Positions 38,601 through 46,310 of a stretch of 62,015 bases of DNA are shown here, one piece after another. Every line of letters begins with the position of its first letter. Positions within the stretch are counted from its first letter, which is position 1. The notes under the pieces were generated by a model. That model did not search any database and was not told where the DNA came from. It saw only the letters and a program-made list of their open reading frames with translations. Made by a program: the position numbers and the translations under genes. The DNA is taken from assembly GCA_044440125.1 (NCBI GenBank), contig JBITAJ010000032.1:1-62015 (forward strand). Reading direction: 5' to 3'. The DNA comes from Sedimentisphaeraceae bacterium JB056. Its GTDB lineage: Bacteria > Planctomycetota > Phycisphaerae > Sedimentisphaerales > Sedimentisphaeraceae.

Positions 38601-39136
38601 TTGGTCATTATATAACTGGCGGTCTGGTGGGATATAATGCAGGTTCAATTAGTAATTCTTACAGCCTTGCTGATTGCAATGGTCAGTTTTACGTTGGTGG
38701 TTTAGTCGGAGAAAACAGTGCAGATATTATTGGATGCTATGCTAAAGGACAAATACAATGCTCAATGTCATATAATGCACAGGGAATCACTCCCGCAAAC
38801 TATGGTTATATTGCAAACTGTATTGATCTCACCAATACCAATATCATACCTGATTTTGCTACGCTTGGATGGGATACAATAAATAACAACAATAATGGTA
38901 TGCTTGATCTTTGGTATCAGCAATCCGGACAACTCCCCAAATTATTCTGGCAGTGGCAACCAGCAGGTGATGTTGACTATGATAGCGATGTTGACTATGA
39001 TGATATGGCAGTGGGAATATTTCAATGGTTATCGGAAGAGCAAACTGGCATAAGATTATTAGCCGATATTAACATGGATGGCGAAGTAAACCTTGAAGAC
39101 TTTGTACTTATGGCAGAGGATTTTAAGCATAAGTAA
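35681..39136 (+). CDS. Secreted GLUG-repeat protein with a C-terminal dockerin-like EF-hand duplication
   Basis: Signal peptide, GSGT..NPY, many GGLVGYN..I.NCYATG repeats, NCFWD...GKTTAQM...AGWDF blocks, GDVDYDSDVDYDD / ADINMDGEVNLEDF. Confidence 0.88.
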   Translation: MKQIAVIFVLALLSVFSPTFAANYSGGSGTSTNPYIIATKADLLTLGATTGDYDKHFLMTSNIDLAGESFNAAVIAPHDGSDRFFVGDFFSGNFDGNGFAVKNLTITENTSVTYDHYKGLFGYIIYGAQISNLGIENCNIIANSYTGGLVGYNHGDIINCYATGNISADSFTGGLVGDNSFYGSIINCYATGNVSVVEKSAGGLVGYNSNSINNCYATGDVSANQYAGGLVGSSYSGSITNCYATGNISATNYAGGLVGCNYYCYIANCFWDTESSGMTVGCNLGRPDSGAITNVVGKTTAQMQDINTFINAGWDFVNETANGYSQTWQIASGQYPQLTAFTNYSPPILLGNGTVDNPYQIGSPEDIGAINYYDLFAYYVLTNDIDLANTTYTDAVIPIFHGIFDGNGYSIYNLTIAGGNYCGLFGKILDGSISNLSVKNNNIEAVSYTGGLVGYNNSGLITNCYVSGDILAADRYTGGLVGYNDSGEIIDCHANEEVLTPYSGSTGGLIGFNLGKITNCYANGNISAGELSAGGLIGFNRGEVTNCFATGDILEATSRSGGLVGYNEGKITNCHATGDIWAIYDYVGGLVGYNDSSSITNCYATGDILAATNYTGGLIGCSYGKMTNCYATGNITAWGYSSGGLAGAHFDEIINCYATGKISAETQVGGLIGRSGGTLSNCYSTGTVYAANDAGGLVGYKRYGDMTNCFWDIVSSGMAVGYNVDSSSSGTIINVVGKTTAQMRTQSTFTDAGWDFGSDGIWAIPTGARCPVLVSFPIFTVTFNAGDNGNIIYGDTMQTVNYGNFAIAPIVASIDGWYFMGWDYDFDHIDNDIIVNAIYRQRFNGKDGISEPLEIVFADELKYFSNNSNLWGRDVELKADIDCSQVVITPIGSIESPFNGTLNGCGYIIENLAIRDFDQMAVGLFGIIGKNALVKNFGIIAEIVAISRANGDTGLIAGQNFGTISNCYGDGSVIGHYITGGLVGYNAGSISNSYSLADCNGQFYVGGLVGENSADIIGCYAKGQIQCSMSYNAQGITPANYGYIANCIDLTNTNIIPDFATLGWDTINNNNNGMLDLWYQQSGQLPKLFWQWQPAGDVDYDSDVDYDDMAVGIFQWLSEEQTGIRLLADINMDGEVNLEDFVLMAEDFKHK

Positions 39137-39166
39137 CTAAGCGACTGAATTTAAGAAACATCCCCT

Positions 39167-39194
39167 GTAGAGACGCGATTAATCGCGTCTCTAC
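39167..39194. repeat. GTAG-type REP palindrome, copy 1
   Basis: GTAGAGACGCGATTAATCGCGTCTCTAC, a perfect palindrome (extends to 39165-39196). Confidence 0.85.
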
Positions 39195-39216
39195 AGTTTG
39201 TGAATATCAAATCGAG

Positions 39217-39540
39217 TCAGTCCTGGTGGAACACTTCTTCCATTGTTGCCCACCACTGGCCTTCTTCGGCTGTCTCGACCGGCTCTTGGCAGGGCTTGCA
39301 GGCATCCCACCATTTTTGAGTCATTGGATCGGCAGCCATTTTCTCCATATCGGCATCAAAATCATCTCCGACATACTCCAGATAACTGAAAAGCAAGCCG
39401 TCGCGATAATATATCGAATAGTTTTGAATGTTGCACTCGCTGATTATTTGTGCTACCCTCGGCCATACATTGGCGTGAAGTTCTTTGTATTCGTCAAGTT
39501 TTTCCGGTTTGACCTTTATAACCCATCCATGTCTTTGCAT
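39217..39540 (-). CDS. rhaM: L-rhamnose mutarotase family protein
   Basis: EYKELHANVWP, NIQNYSIY, LFSYLEY, TQKWW, MEEVFH. Confidence 0.88.
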   Translation of the reverse strand: MQRHGWVIKVKPEKLDEYKELHANVWPRVAQIISECNIQNYSIYYRDGLLFSYLEYVGDDFDADMEKMAADPMTQKWWDACKPCQEPVETAEEGQWWATMEEVFHQD

Positions 39541-39550
39541 ATTTTTTCCT

Positions 39551-40597
39551 TTAATGATAATTTCCAAATTCAACTACAGTGTCAAACATAGTCAGAACGT
39601 TTTGTACGGACGTATCTTCCAGTATGGTGTCATGGCTTGCTCCGGCAATATAGCCGCCGCCACCCATCATAATCTCAAGTACTCGGCAGGTATCTTCTTT
39701 GACTCCGGCCGGCTCCTTGTCTATAAGCGTATGGTGTGAATCGATAGCGCCATTAAACACGATTCTGCTTCCAAACTCCTGTTTTAGCGTACCAAGGTCC
39801 ATTCCTCTGCATGAGCTTTGAACGGCATGCAGCGCATCAACGCCGGCAGCTATCATTGATGGAATAAGCTCATATATTCCGCCGCAGCAGTGCATTTGCG
39901 TCTTGATGTTATAGGAATGTCCCAAATTACATAATCTTCTCAAATGCGGCACGATGAATCGCTGAAACATTCCAGGGCTCATCAGAGGTCCGGTCTGACT
40001 GCCGAAGTCGTTGCCAATAAAGAAGATATCGATGGAGTCGCCCGCTGCGTCAAAGATATTCTTACTCACCTCAAAATAATAATCTACTATATGTTCGAGA
40101 ACGGCATCAACAACTTCCGGCTGATTATACATCTTAATATACAGATCTTCCATTCCGAAAAGATCAATCGCATCGTGCCAGAATGGAGACCATTCGCCTC
40201 CGAGAATTGCAAAATTCCCCTCGTAGCTTTGTGCCTCATCTTTTATGCTGGAAACATCCATCCATTCTGAATTCGGCCATGGATAATCATGAACATCCGA
40301 AATATCTGCATTGGCCAACGGATGGCTGAGAGGCTGACCATAGCCATAGCCTTCACGTTCAACTCGGAAGGGCGTATGGCAAGTTGCTTTTGGATCTTCA
40401 AGGGGGAATTCAGGGCCTGTATATTTGGGGAAAACACGCCTGAAGTCATTGTGAAACCGCTGCTGCAGCGACTCATCGTCCAATTTAAGCTCATTCTTGG
40501 CTTTTTCCCAGAATTCAACGGAAGCTCCGCACCAACAAGGCACCCTGTCGGGTATCTCATGTTCGAACACCGCCAAAACTCTTTCTCTCGAATTCAT
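39551..40597 (-). CDS. Uroporphyrinogen decarboxylase (URO-D/MtaA-like) family protein
   Basis: MNSRERV...PDRVP, DFGSQTGPLMSP, MHCCG, FNGAID, GYIAGASH. Not a canonical HemE. Confidence 0.85.
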   Translation of the reverse strand: MNSRERVLAVFEHEIPDRVPCWCGASVEFWEKAKNELKLDDESLQQRFHNDFRRVFPKYTGPEFPLEDPKATCHTPFRVEREGYGYGQPLSHPLANADISDVHDYPWPNSEWMDVSSIKDEAQSYEGNFAILGGEWSPFWHDAIDLFGMEDLYIKMYNQPEVVDAVLEHIVDYYFEVSKNIFDAAGDSIDIFFIGNDFGSQTGPLMSPGMFQRFIVPHLRRLCNLGHSYNIKTQMHCCGGIYELIPSMIAAGVDALHAVQSSCRGMDLGTLKQEFGSRIVFNGAIDSHHTLIDKEPAGVKEDTCRVLEIMMGGGGYIAGASHDTILEDTSVQNVLTMFDTVVEFGNYH

Positions 40598-40801
40598 ATC
40601 AATCGCCTTCCTGTTTTACAAATTCCCTCTTTATCTTCAAGCTAACCTAAATCCAACCGGTATTTATCGCATTCCTATGACGCTATCATAAGAATATTTT
40701 ACAATATTATCATAAATATTCATTTCAACAAGGGGATTTTGCATGCAGCAGTTATTTTGCTTATTGAAAATTTCAGGTAATACCAACCGGTAAAACGCAA
40801 A

Positions 40802-40829
40802 GTAGAGACGCGATTAATCGCGTCTCTAC
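40802..40829. repeat. GTAG-type REP palindrome, copy 2
   Basis: Identical 28-mer to 39167-39194. Confidence 0.85.
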
Positions 40830-40841
40830 AATTTTGTCTAT

Positions 40842-41507
40842 TCATAAATTGATCAGTACTACCAAAAGTACTGTTAATAATATTCCTGCCACTGCTATTG
40901 AATTCGATTTTAAAGTCGAATATCTCAGGTTTGAGCCAGAAAACGCTTTACAATTAAGATAATCAATCCATCCATGAACGACTGTAAGCACAAGTATTGA
41001 TGTACCGTAATATCGAGCTGTTGAAAATGCAATACCGATGAAAAAAGTCAGCACTACGGCATTAACCCCGCCATTAATATAATGAATCAGAGCAAATAAT
41101 AGACTTCCGATGATTATTGCCCATACGGCGTTATAATCACTGAACATCGCAAACCAAATACCTCGAAACCAAAACTCTTCAACAAAACCGATTATCACAA
41201 GATAAAAAATAATCTGTCGAATACAAACCGTAAAACTTTCTCTCTTTGAAAATTTAGGGTTTATCAATATCAGCTGGACTGATTCAAGACACGCAAACAA
41301 GATAATTCCTGTAAGCCAGTTATCAAAACTCAGAGTACAAGCAGCCGGAGAATAGTTTCTACAAAAAAAGAAACCCAGTACTATTGACCAGATACCAACA
41401 ATATAAACGGTTATTTTTGAATGTTTTAAGCGTTTTTTTATAGCCCAGCTGGCAAAACAAGTAGGCAATAAAAACAGCGTCCAGAAAATTACATATTCTA
41501 ATTTCAC
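40842..41507 (-). CDS. CPBP (CAAX/Abi) intramembrane metalloprotease
   Basis: EEFWFRG, FALIH, HGWID motifs; multi-TM. Confidence 0.88.
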   Translation of the reverse strand: MKLEYVIFWTLFLLPTCFASWAIKKRLKHSKITVYIVGIWSIVLGFFFCRNYSPAACTLSFDNWLTGIILFACLESVQLILINPKFSKRESFTVCIRQIIFYLVIIGFVEEFWFRGIWFAMFSDYNAVWAIIIGSLLFALIHYINGGVNAVVLTFFIGIAFSTARYYGTSILVLTVVHGWIDYLNCKAFSGSNLRYSTLKSNSIAVAGILLTVLLVVLINL

Positions 41508-41528
41508 CGCATCTCTTTTCTCTTATAT

Positions 41529-41798
41529 TTAAAGGTATCCGGCTTTGTGTAGGTCGCCGTATGCTACATAGCCGACCGCCGAAGCGACAGCGATACCCAA
41601 TATAACCGCTATTACATTTAGTATAAATGCCGTTTTGGTGAACTGTTTATCTGTGAGAGTGCCGTAATGATTAATCGCCTTTTTCAGGAATATGGGTATG
41701 TAAACAACGAAAATTGCCAGGCCTATCAAAATCATATATTTATTCTGAAGAGGACTGTATCTATGTCTGCGTCTTATATACATCAAAATTTCAAACAC
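41529..41798 (-). CDS. Small two-TM membrane protein, paralog of the next ORF
   Basis: KY..I..A....Y.P...K..I..YG..T...FT.T...LNV shared with 41800-42063. Confidence 0.7.
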   Translation of the reverse strand: MFEILMYIRRRHRYSPLQNKYMILIGLAIFVVYIPIFLKKAINHYGTLTDKQFTKTAFILNVIAVILGIAVASAVGYVAYGDLHKAGYL

Positions 41799-41799
41799 T

Positions 41800-42063
41800 T
41801 TAACTCCATCTCATTTCTCTAAAAGCACTTAATACTGCATAGATTATCACTGCTGAAGCACAAACTACAGCAAGTACGATACTTACATTCAAAACACGTA
41901 TTGTTCTGGTGAATTTTCTGCCCGTGAAATTGCCGTAAAATACTATTACATCCTTTATGAGTTTCGGCAGATATCCGATAACAATAGCCGCTATCGCCAT
42001 CCATATATATTTAGTACTTGGGTCTTGATAGCTCGACCTGAACAGATAATCAAAGTAGAGCAT
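41800..42063 (-). CDS. Small two-TM membrane protein
   Basis: Paralog of 41529-41798; start overlaps the SDR stop (TGATG). Confidence 0.7.
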   Translation of the reverse strand: MLYFDYLFRSSYQDPSTKYIWMAIAAIVIGYLPKLIKDVIVFYGNFTGRKFTRTIRVLNVSIVLAVVCASAVIIYAVLSAFREMRWS

Positions 42064-42941
42064 CAGAAATCGCCGAATTTCAAATACAGATGCATTCCGC
42101 CATCAGGTTTGAGGATTTGCCCGGTGAAAAAGTCGTTTTCGATTAGAAAATCGATGGTTTTCACTATCGGCTCGCAGCCTCCCCATCTTTTAAGTATGGT
42201 TCTCTGCACAGCAATATCGCTCTCATCGGCGTCTGTATCCGGCGGGGGAACCATGGGGCCGGGAGCAATCGCGTTAACCCTCACCTTTGGTCCATACTCC
42301 AGTGCCAGCAGACGTGTCAAATGCACAACATCAATTTTGGCAATAGTATATGGATTTGCATGCCGTTTGGGGGCAACCTTACTAAGCCGCTGCAAGGCCT
42401 CGCTGCTCTGCACATGATCTGTGCTAACACCTGTTAGTCCGCCAAAATCAGTGTAAGGGTCTAATATGTCGTTGTTTATATACAGCAGACTTCTCGCGTC
42501 AGCGAAATTTATTATATTGAGATTTTCCTGACGGCCCAAATTTTCGAGCAGGGCAAGTATTGGGTTTCTTGCGACAAGAAAATTTGTGTCATAGAATTGC
42601 CAGTCAGCGTTTGTGATTTGGCCGCCGTTTTGCCACCTTTGCCAGTGGTCTTTTTCATTTGGATAATCTGATGCGATGTTGACTAATGCATCAATATTGC
42701 CGTATCTGTCGAGAGAAGCTTTTATGAAATCGTCTGCTTGTTCTCTTTTTTCAAGACCGGTGTCAAATGACAGCACCTTACCAATACCGAATTTGCTGAC
42801 AAGTTCTTTGGCCGCCCGTTCGCTGGGCCTCCCTCTTCGACAGCTAACCGATACCTGCCATCCTTTTTCCAGCAGATGCTCAGCTGAGGCAGTACCAAGT
42901 CTGCCAAGCCCCGCAAAGATTGCTGTTTTAGTTCGCTTCAA
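42063..42941 (-). CDS. Pteridine reductase/FolM-like short-chain dehydrogenase
   Basis: LVNIAS, YTIAK (YxxxK), LALEYGPKVRVNAIAPG, FFTGQIL..DGG; downstream of folB-folK. Confidence 0.75.
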   Translation of the reverse strand: MKRTKTAIFAGLGRLGTASAEHLLEKGWQVSVSCRRGRPSERAAKELVSKFGIGKVLSFDTGLEKREQADDFIKASLDRYGNIDALVNIASDYPNEKDHWQRWQNGGQITNADWQFYDTNFLVARNPILALLENLGRQENLNIINFADARSLLYINNDILDPYTDFGGLTGVSTDHVQSSEALQRLSKVAPKRHANPYTIAKIDVVHLTRLLALEYGPKVRVNAIAPGPMVPPPDTDADESDIAVQRTILKRWGGCEPIVKTIDFLIENDFFTGQILKPDGGMHLYLKFGDF

Positions 42942-42996
42942 TTTCCTGTCTCCATCAATATTAATCGGTCAATTTTCGGTATGGTCTGATATCGGG

Positions 42997-43371
42997 TTAT
43001 TCTTCCATTATTTCAAGCACAGCATCACGCACGAAATCATACTTATGGAAATCCTCATCAAGCACTTCGCCATTGAATACTACTACATCAAGGTCGATAG
43101 TTCTTGGTCCGTTCTTGTTGTGAGTTCTTACCCTGCCAAGCCTTGATTCGACATCCTTAAGGTAATCTTTCAGTTCCTGAAACTCACATTCTGTCTTTAT
43201 GAAAAATGCCCCGTTAACAAATTCTGCCTGAGCGGTAAAGCCTTGCGGCAATGTTTTTACGAATGCGGACTTAGTGACAAACTCCTGCTCCTGCCTTAGT
43301 ATTTGTTCGGCGGCTTCGATATTTTGTATTGGATCAATATTCGAGCCAACTGATATTATCGCTTTATTCAT
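42997..43371 (-). CDS. folK: 2-amino-4-hydroxy-6-hydroxymethyldihydropteridine diphosphokinase
   Basis: VGSNI, F.N.A, E..LGR, GPRTIDLD. Confidence 0.93.
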   Translation of the reverse strand: MNKAIISVGSNIDPIQNIEAAEQILRQEQEFVTKSAFVKTLPQGFTAQAEFVNGAFFIKTECEFQELKDYLKDVESRLGRVRTHNKNGPRTIDLDVVVFNGEVLDEDFHKYDFVRDAVLEIMEE

Positions 43372-43726
43372 CCTTTTCCTCCTTTTTCTGGGTCAGAGAT
43401 ACGGAAACTGAATCAGAAAATCGCAACGCTCCCGGTTTATCAACCTCCACCGTTGCAGCAGTTATCTTTTCATAAGACATTACGATATCCATGATGAAGC
43501 CGGCAAGTCTTTCGATCAGAAGGAAGCTTGTTTTCTCCGCACGGCTGAGTATTTTGCACTTAAGCTCCTTATAATCAACACTGTCGGCAACGTTATCGCT
43601 GACCACGGCAGTTTCGTCGGGAATTTCCGCTTCAATATTTACGATAACTTCCTGTTTTTCAAGGCGTTCCCAATCCTTAAAACCAATAACGGTATGAAGA
43701 TGCAAATTTTTTATTCGTATTATCAT
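43364..43726 (-). CDS. folB: Dihydroneopterin aldolase/epimerase (FolB/FolX family)
   Basis: IG..DWER..KQ, SVDY, LIERLA, VDKPGALRFSDSV. Confidence 0.85.
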   Translation of the reverse strand: MIIRIKNLHLHTVIGFKDWERLEKQEVIVNIEAEIPDETAVVSDNVADSVDYKELKCKILSRAEKTSFLLIERLAGFIMDIVMSYEKITAATVEVDKPGALRFSDSVSVSLTQKKEEKDE

Positions 43727-43843
43727 AGCAAGTAAAACTCCAAGCCTGATTCTACCAAATTAATACCAAGAAGCAAAGGTTTTTTAATATCTTAAAATAG
43801 GTGTTTCACACCAGATTGTTTTAGAATTAGAAACTGCCATGAC

Positions 43844-43890
43844 AAAAAGCCTGCCGGGAAGTTTTATTTTCCAGACAGGCTTTTTAAGGA
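43844..43890 (-). terminator. Hairpin terminator, repeat family member 1
   Basis: AAAAAGCCTG...CAGGCTTTTT-AAGGA. Confidence 0.65.
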
Positions 43891-43950
43891 AGGTTCAATT
43901 ATATTATCTCAAATCCCGGTTCCGATTGTCTTTCGAAGAATAACCAAAAA

Positions 43951-44595
43951 TCATTCCGGAAAACAAATCATAAGAAACCGATCATCCTGCTCTCTTTTCT
44001 CAAACTTCGTTATCTCTTTGCCCGCAGCACTGGATGCTTCAACCCATATTGTATTGTCTGTCTTACGGATTAATCTCCCCTGATTCCAGGCTTTTTGGCG
44101 ATCAGCACGGTTTTTACTCTCCATCAGCTTCTTTGCCTGCGGCGTAAACATCTCTATATATGCAATAAACTGCTCCTCCGGACCTTGCTCACTTACATAT
44201 TTATAAACATAAGCCCTCGCACCCGCCGCTTCGCCGTTTGGCAATGGACCGCTTGGTGCATCAATAGGCGGTATACTGCTTATAGGGGCAGTAAAAAGTT
44301 CATCGGTATTAATGTCATAGAACCACACTTTTTCATCAAGCTCCCTGCTGCTCAAACATAACGCTTGCGGCATTAACTGATTTAACGTAAATAAAAGAAA
44401 ACCGATTGTCAGGATAGAAAATATAACACCACCGGCAAATTTATGCTGCTTAAGCCAGGAACGGAACACGCCTAAAATACCATCGCCATACTCGCCGTAA
44501 TTATCAACTTTAAGCAACTGTGCTAACGATTGCTTAACGCGTTCTCGCTTATCATAAATTCTATAACCAAAACTTCGCCATTTATCTTTAAACAT
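43951..44595 (-). CDS. Single-TM hypothetical protein downstream of a prepilin gene
   Basis: One TM, then VWFYDINT..LF...PPIDAPSG...A..AYVY; GAGG SD. Confidence 0.75.
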   Translation of the reverse strand: MFKDKWRSFGYRIYDKRERVKQSLAQLLKVDNYGEYGDGILGVFRSWLKQHKFAGGVIFSILTIGFLLFTLNQLMPQALCLSSRELDEKVWFYDINTDELFTAPISSIPPIDAPSGPLPNGEAAGARAYVYKYVSEQGPEEQFIAYIEMFTPQAKKLMESKNRADRQKAWNQGRLIRKTDNTIWVEASSAAGKEITKFEKREQDDRFLMICFPE

Positions 44596-44604
44596 CCAAA
44601 CACC

Positions 44605-45396
44605 TCATTTCGTCATAGCCTTGCGAAGACGATCATAATCTTCACTTTCGTTTGTTATTTTATCGATTTCTTGATCAGTTAATCCTTTTGTGGAGCTTTT
44701 TATAAACAACGGATCATTCCAACCCCACCTTTCACAATGCCCATCGGCAAACGAATAATTGCTCCCAATATTATGACGAATAGTTGGGCGATTACCATTA
44801 AAACCGTCAGCATGAGCAAATTGCCAATCTGATCCACCAAGCCAATAATGGTCATAAAGTCGCGTCGCCTGATAAAATCGCGTATCATAATCAAAACCAA
44901 AATGGGATTCATCCCAATATCTTCTATCATCCGCGAAAACAATTTTTTCATTTGGAGACCTGATTTCTTCAAACCCATGATATCTACGTCCATATCCTCC
45001 CACCAACGCTGAAAGCGAATACGACCGCAACTGCCTCTTAATATCATTAGTGCATCTGTAAACCTTTATAGACTGATGATACGGCCACAAAACTCCCGTT
45101 TGAAGATTCTCTGGTGTATTCCAATCTGGATCAAGAGTCCCATTCTGAAACTGATCAACCCAGGGATATTTAGAAACAACGGGATGAGAACCACATAACC
45201 TGCCGCCATTATCCATGGCGTAACCAGACCAGCAAATAGTAAGCTGCCGTAGATTGTTAAGACAATGCAACCCACGCGAAGCTTCCTTAGCCTGCCTGAG
45301 TGATGGAGCCATTATCGCCATAAGCAGCGAAATAATACTGATCACAACCAGTAGTTCTACTAATGTGAAGCCACGACAAGATTTTTTTATCGACAT
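44605..45396 (-). CDS. Prepilin-type N-terminal methylation / H-X9-DG protein
   Basis: GFTLVELLVVISIISLLMAIMAPSL..A...C.NNLRQ; RHNIGSNYSFADGH; GGAGGT SD. Confidence 0.9.
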   Translation of the reverse strand: MSIKKSCRGFTLVELLVVISIISLLMAIMAPSLRQAKEASRGLHCLNNLRQLTICWSGYAMDNGGRLCGSHPVVSKYPWVDQFQNGTLDPDWNTPENLQTGVLWPYHQSIKVYRCTNDIKRQLRSYSLSALVGGYGRRYHGFEEIRSPNEKIVFADDRRYWDESHFGFDYDTRFYQATRLYDHYWLGGSDWQFAHADGFNGNRPTIRHNIGSNYSFADGHCERWGWNDPLFIKSSTKGLTDQEIDKITNESEDYDRLRKAMTK

Positions 45397-45448
45397 ATAC
45401 CACCTCCTGCAATTTTGCACATATTATAAAGTCCAAAATATTGTAAAT

Positions 45449-45626
45449 AAAAAAAGCTGCCGGAACTACACATTCCGGCAAACTTTTCCAAGGAGCTGTA
45501 ATCCTTTATTGTCTATTTTTCAAATTTTAACTCGTTTTATTACAACGGGTTAAAATATCTTTATGGCATTATGGTAATAAAAAGCCTGCCGGAGGTTTTA
45601 ATTTCCCACAGGCTTTTTTCAAGGAG
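45449..45626. repeat. Two further related hairpins (45449-45494, 45579-45626)
   Basis: AAAAAGC(C)TGCCGGA...CTTTT..AAGGAG, similar to 43844-43890. Confidence 0.6.
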
Positions 45627-45632
45627 ACTTGA

Positions 45633-45887
45633 TTATTGTTTTTTGCTGCAGGAGGTTTCTGACTCAAATTTTACAGTGTTTGTTTCAGCCATTTCGAGCA
45701 ATTTTTCTTTTGCCTGTTTATATTCTTTCTCGTTTATTACGCCGCTTTCCTTTGCTTTCTGCAAATCGATAAGCTCCTGACCAACCGTTGTGGTGCGGTT
45801 TGAGGTGGAATTTACAGTGTTGAAACATGCGCAGCCTGCAAGAATAAGTGCTATTGAACACACTGTGATGATTCTGGAAATTCTCAT
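45633..45887 (-). CDS. SHOCT-domain lipoprotein
   Basis: LAG-C lipobox; TVGQELIDLQKAKESGVINEKEYKQAKEKLL; AAGGAGG SD. Confidence 0.85.
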   Translation of the reverse strand: MRISRIITVCSIALILAGCACFNTVNSTSNRTTTVGQELIDLQKAKESGVINEKEYKQAKEKLLEMAETNTVKFESETSCSKKQ

Positions 45888-46310
45888 AAATCCTCCTTGT
45901 AATTAATGATTTTTTTCTGTTTAAAAAACTCTAAATATTTCACTTCGAGAAATTTATAGTATTTAATTTTATATTGTATCTATATTTTAATGTTAATCAA
46001 ATAAAATAATTAATATTTACTGAAAGGCTGCTGATGTTAAATATCAACAGCCTTAACCAAAATGGACCATGAGTTCTATTATTATTTCCAAACTGTTGTT
46101 GAAAAATCATATTCAAACTCCTCCTCCAAATCAACCACTTCCCTTTTGACTCCTTTTTCAGAGTATTTTGATTTCGCTTCTATAATATTACTATGTATTG
46201 TTACCTTTTTGTTACTATTTATGTCTCTTTCTATATATAAAGACTCCGATATCAATAATATGTGACAGATTTTTTTGGTTTTTTGTAAAAAAGTTCAAAA
46301 TTTGCCGTTT

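Noticed and set aside
39551..40597. Calling the URO-D-family gene hemE
   Set aside because: Lacks the HemE RQAGR motif and sits with a sugar mutarotase; belongs to the broader uncharacterised family
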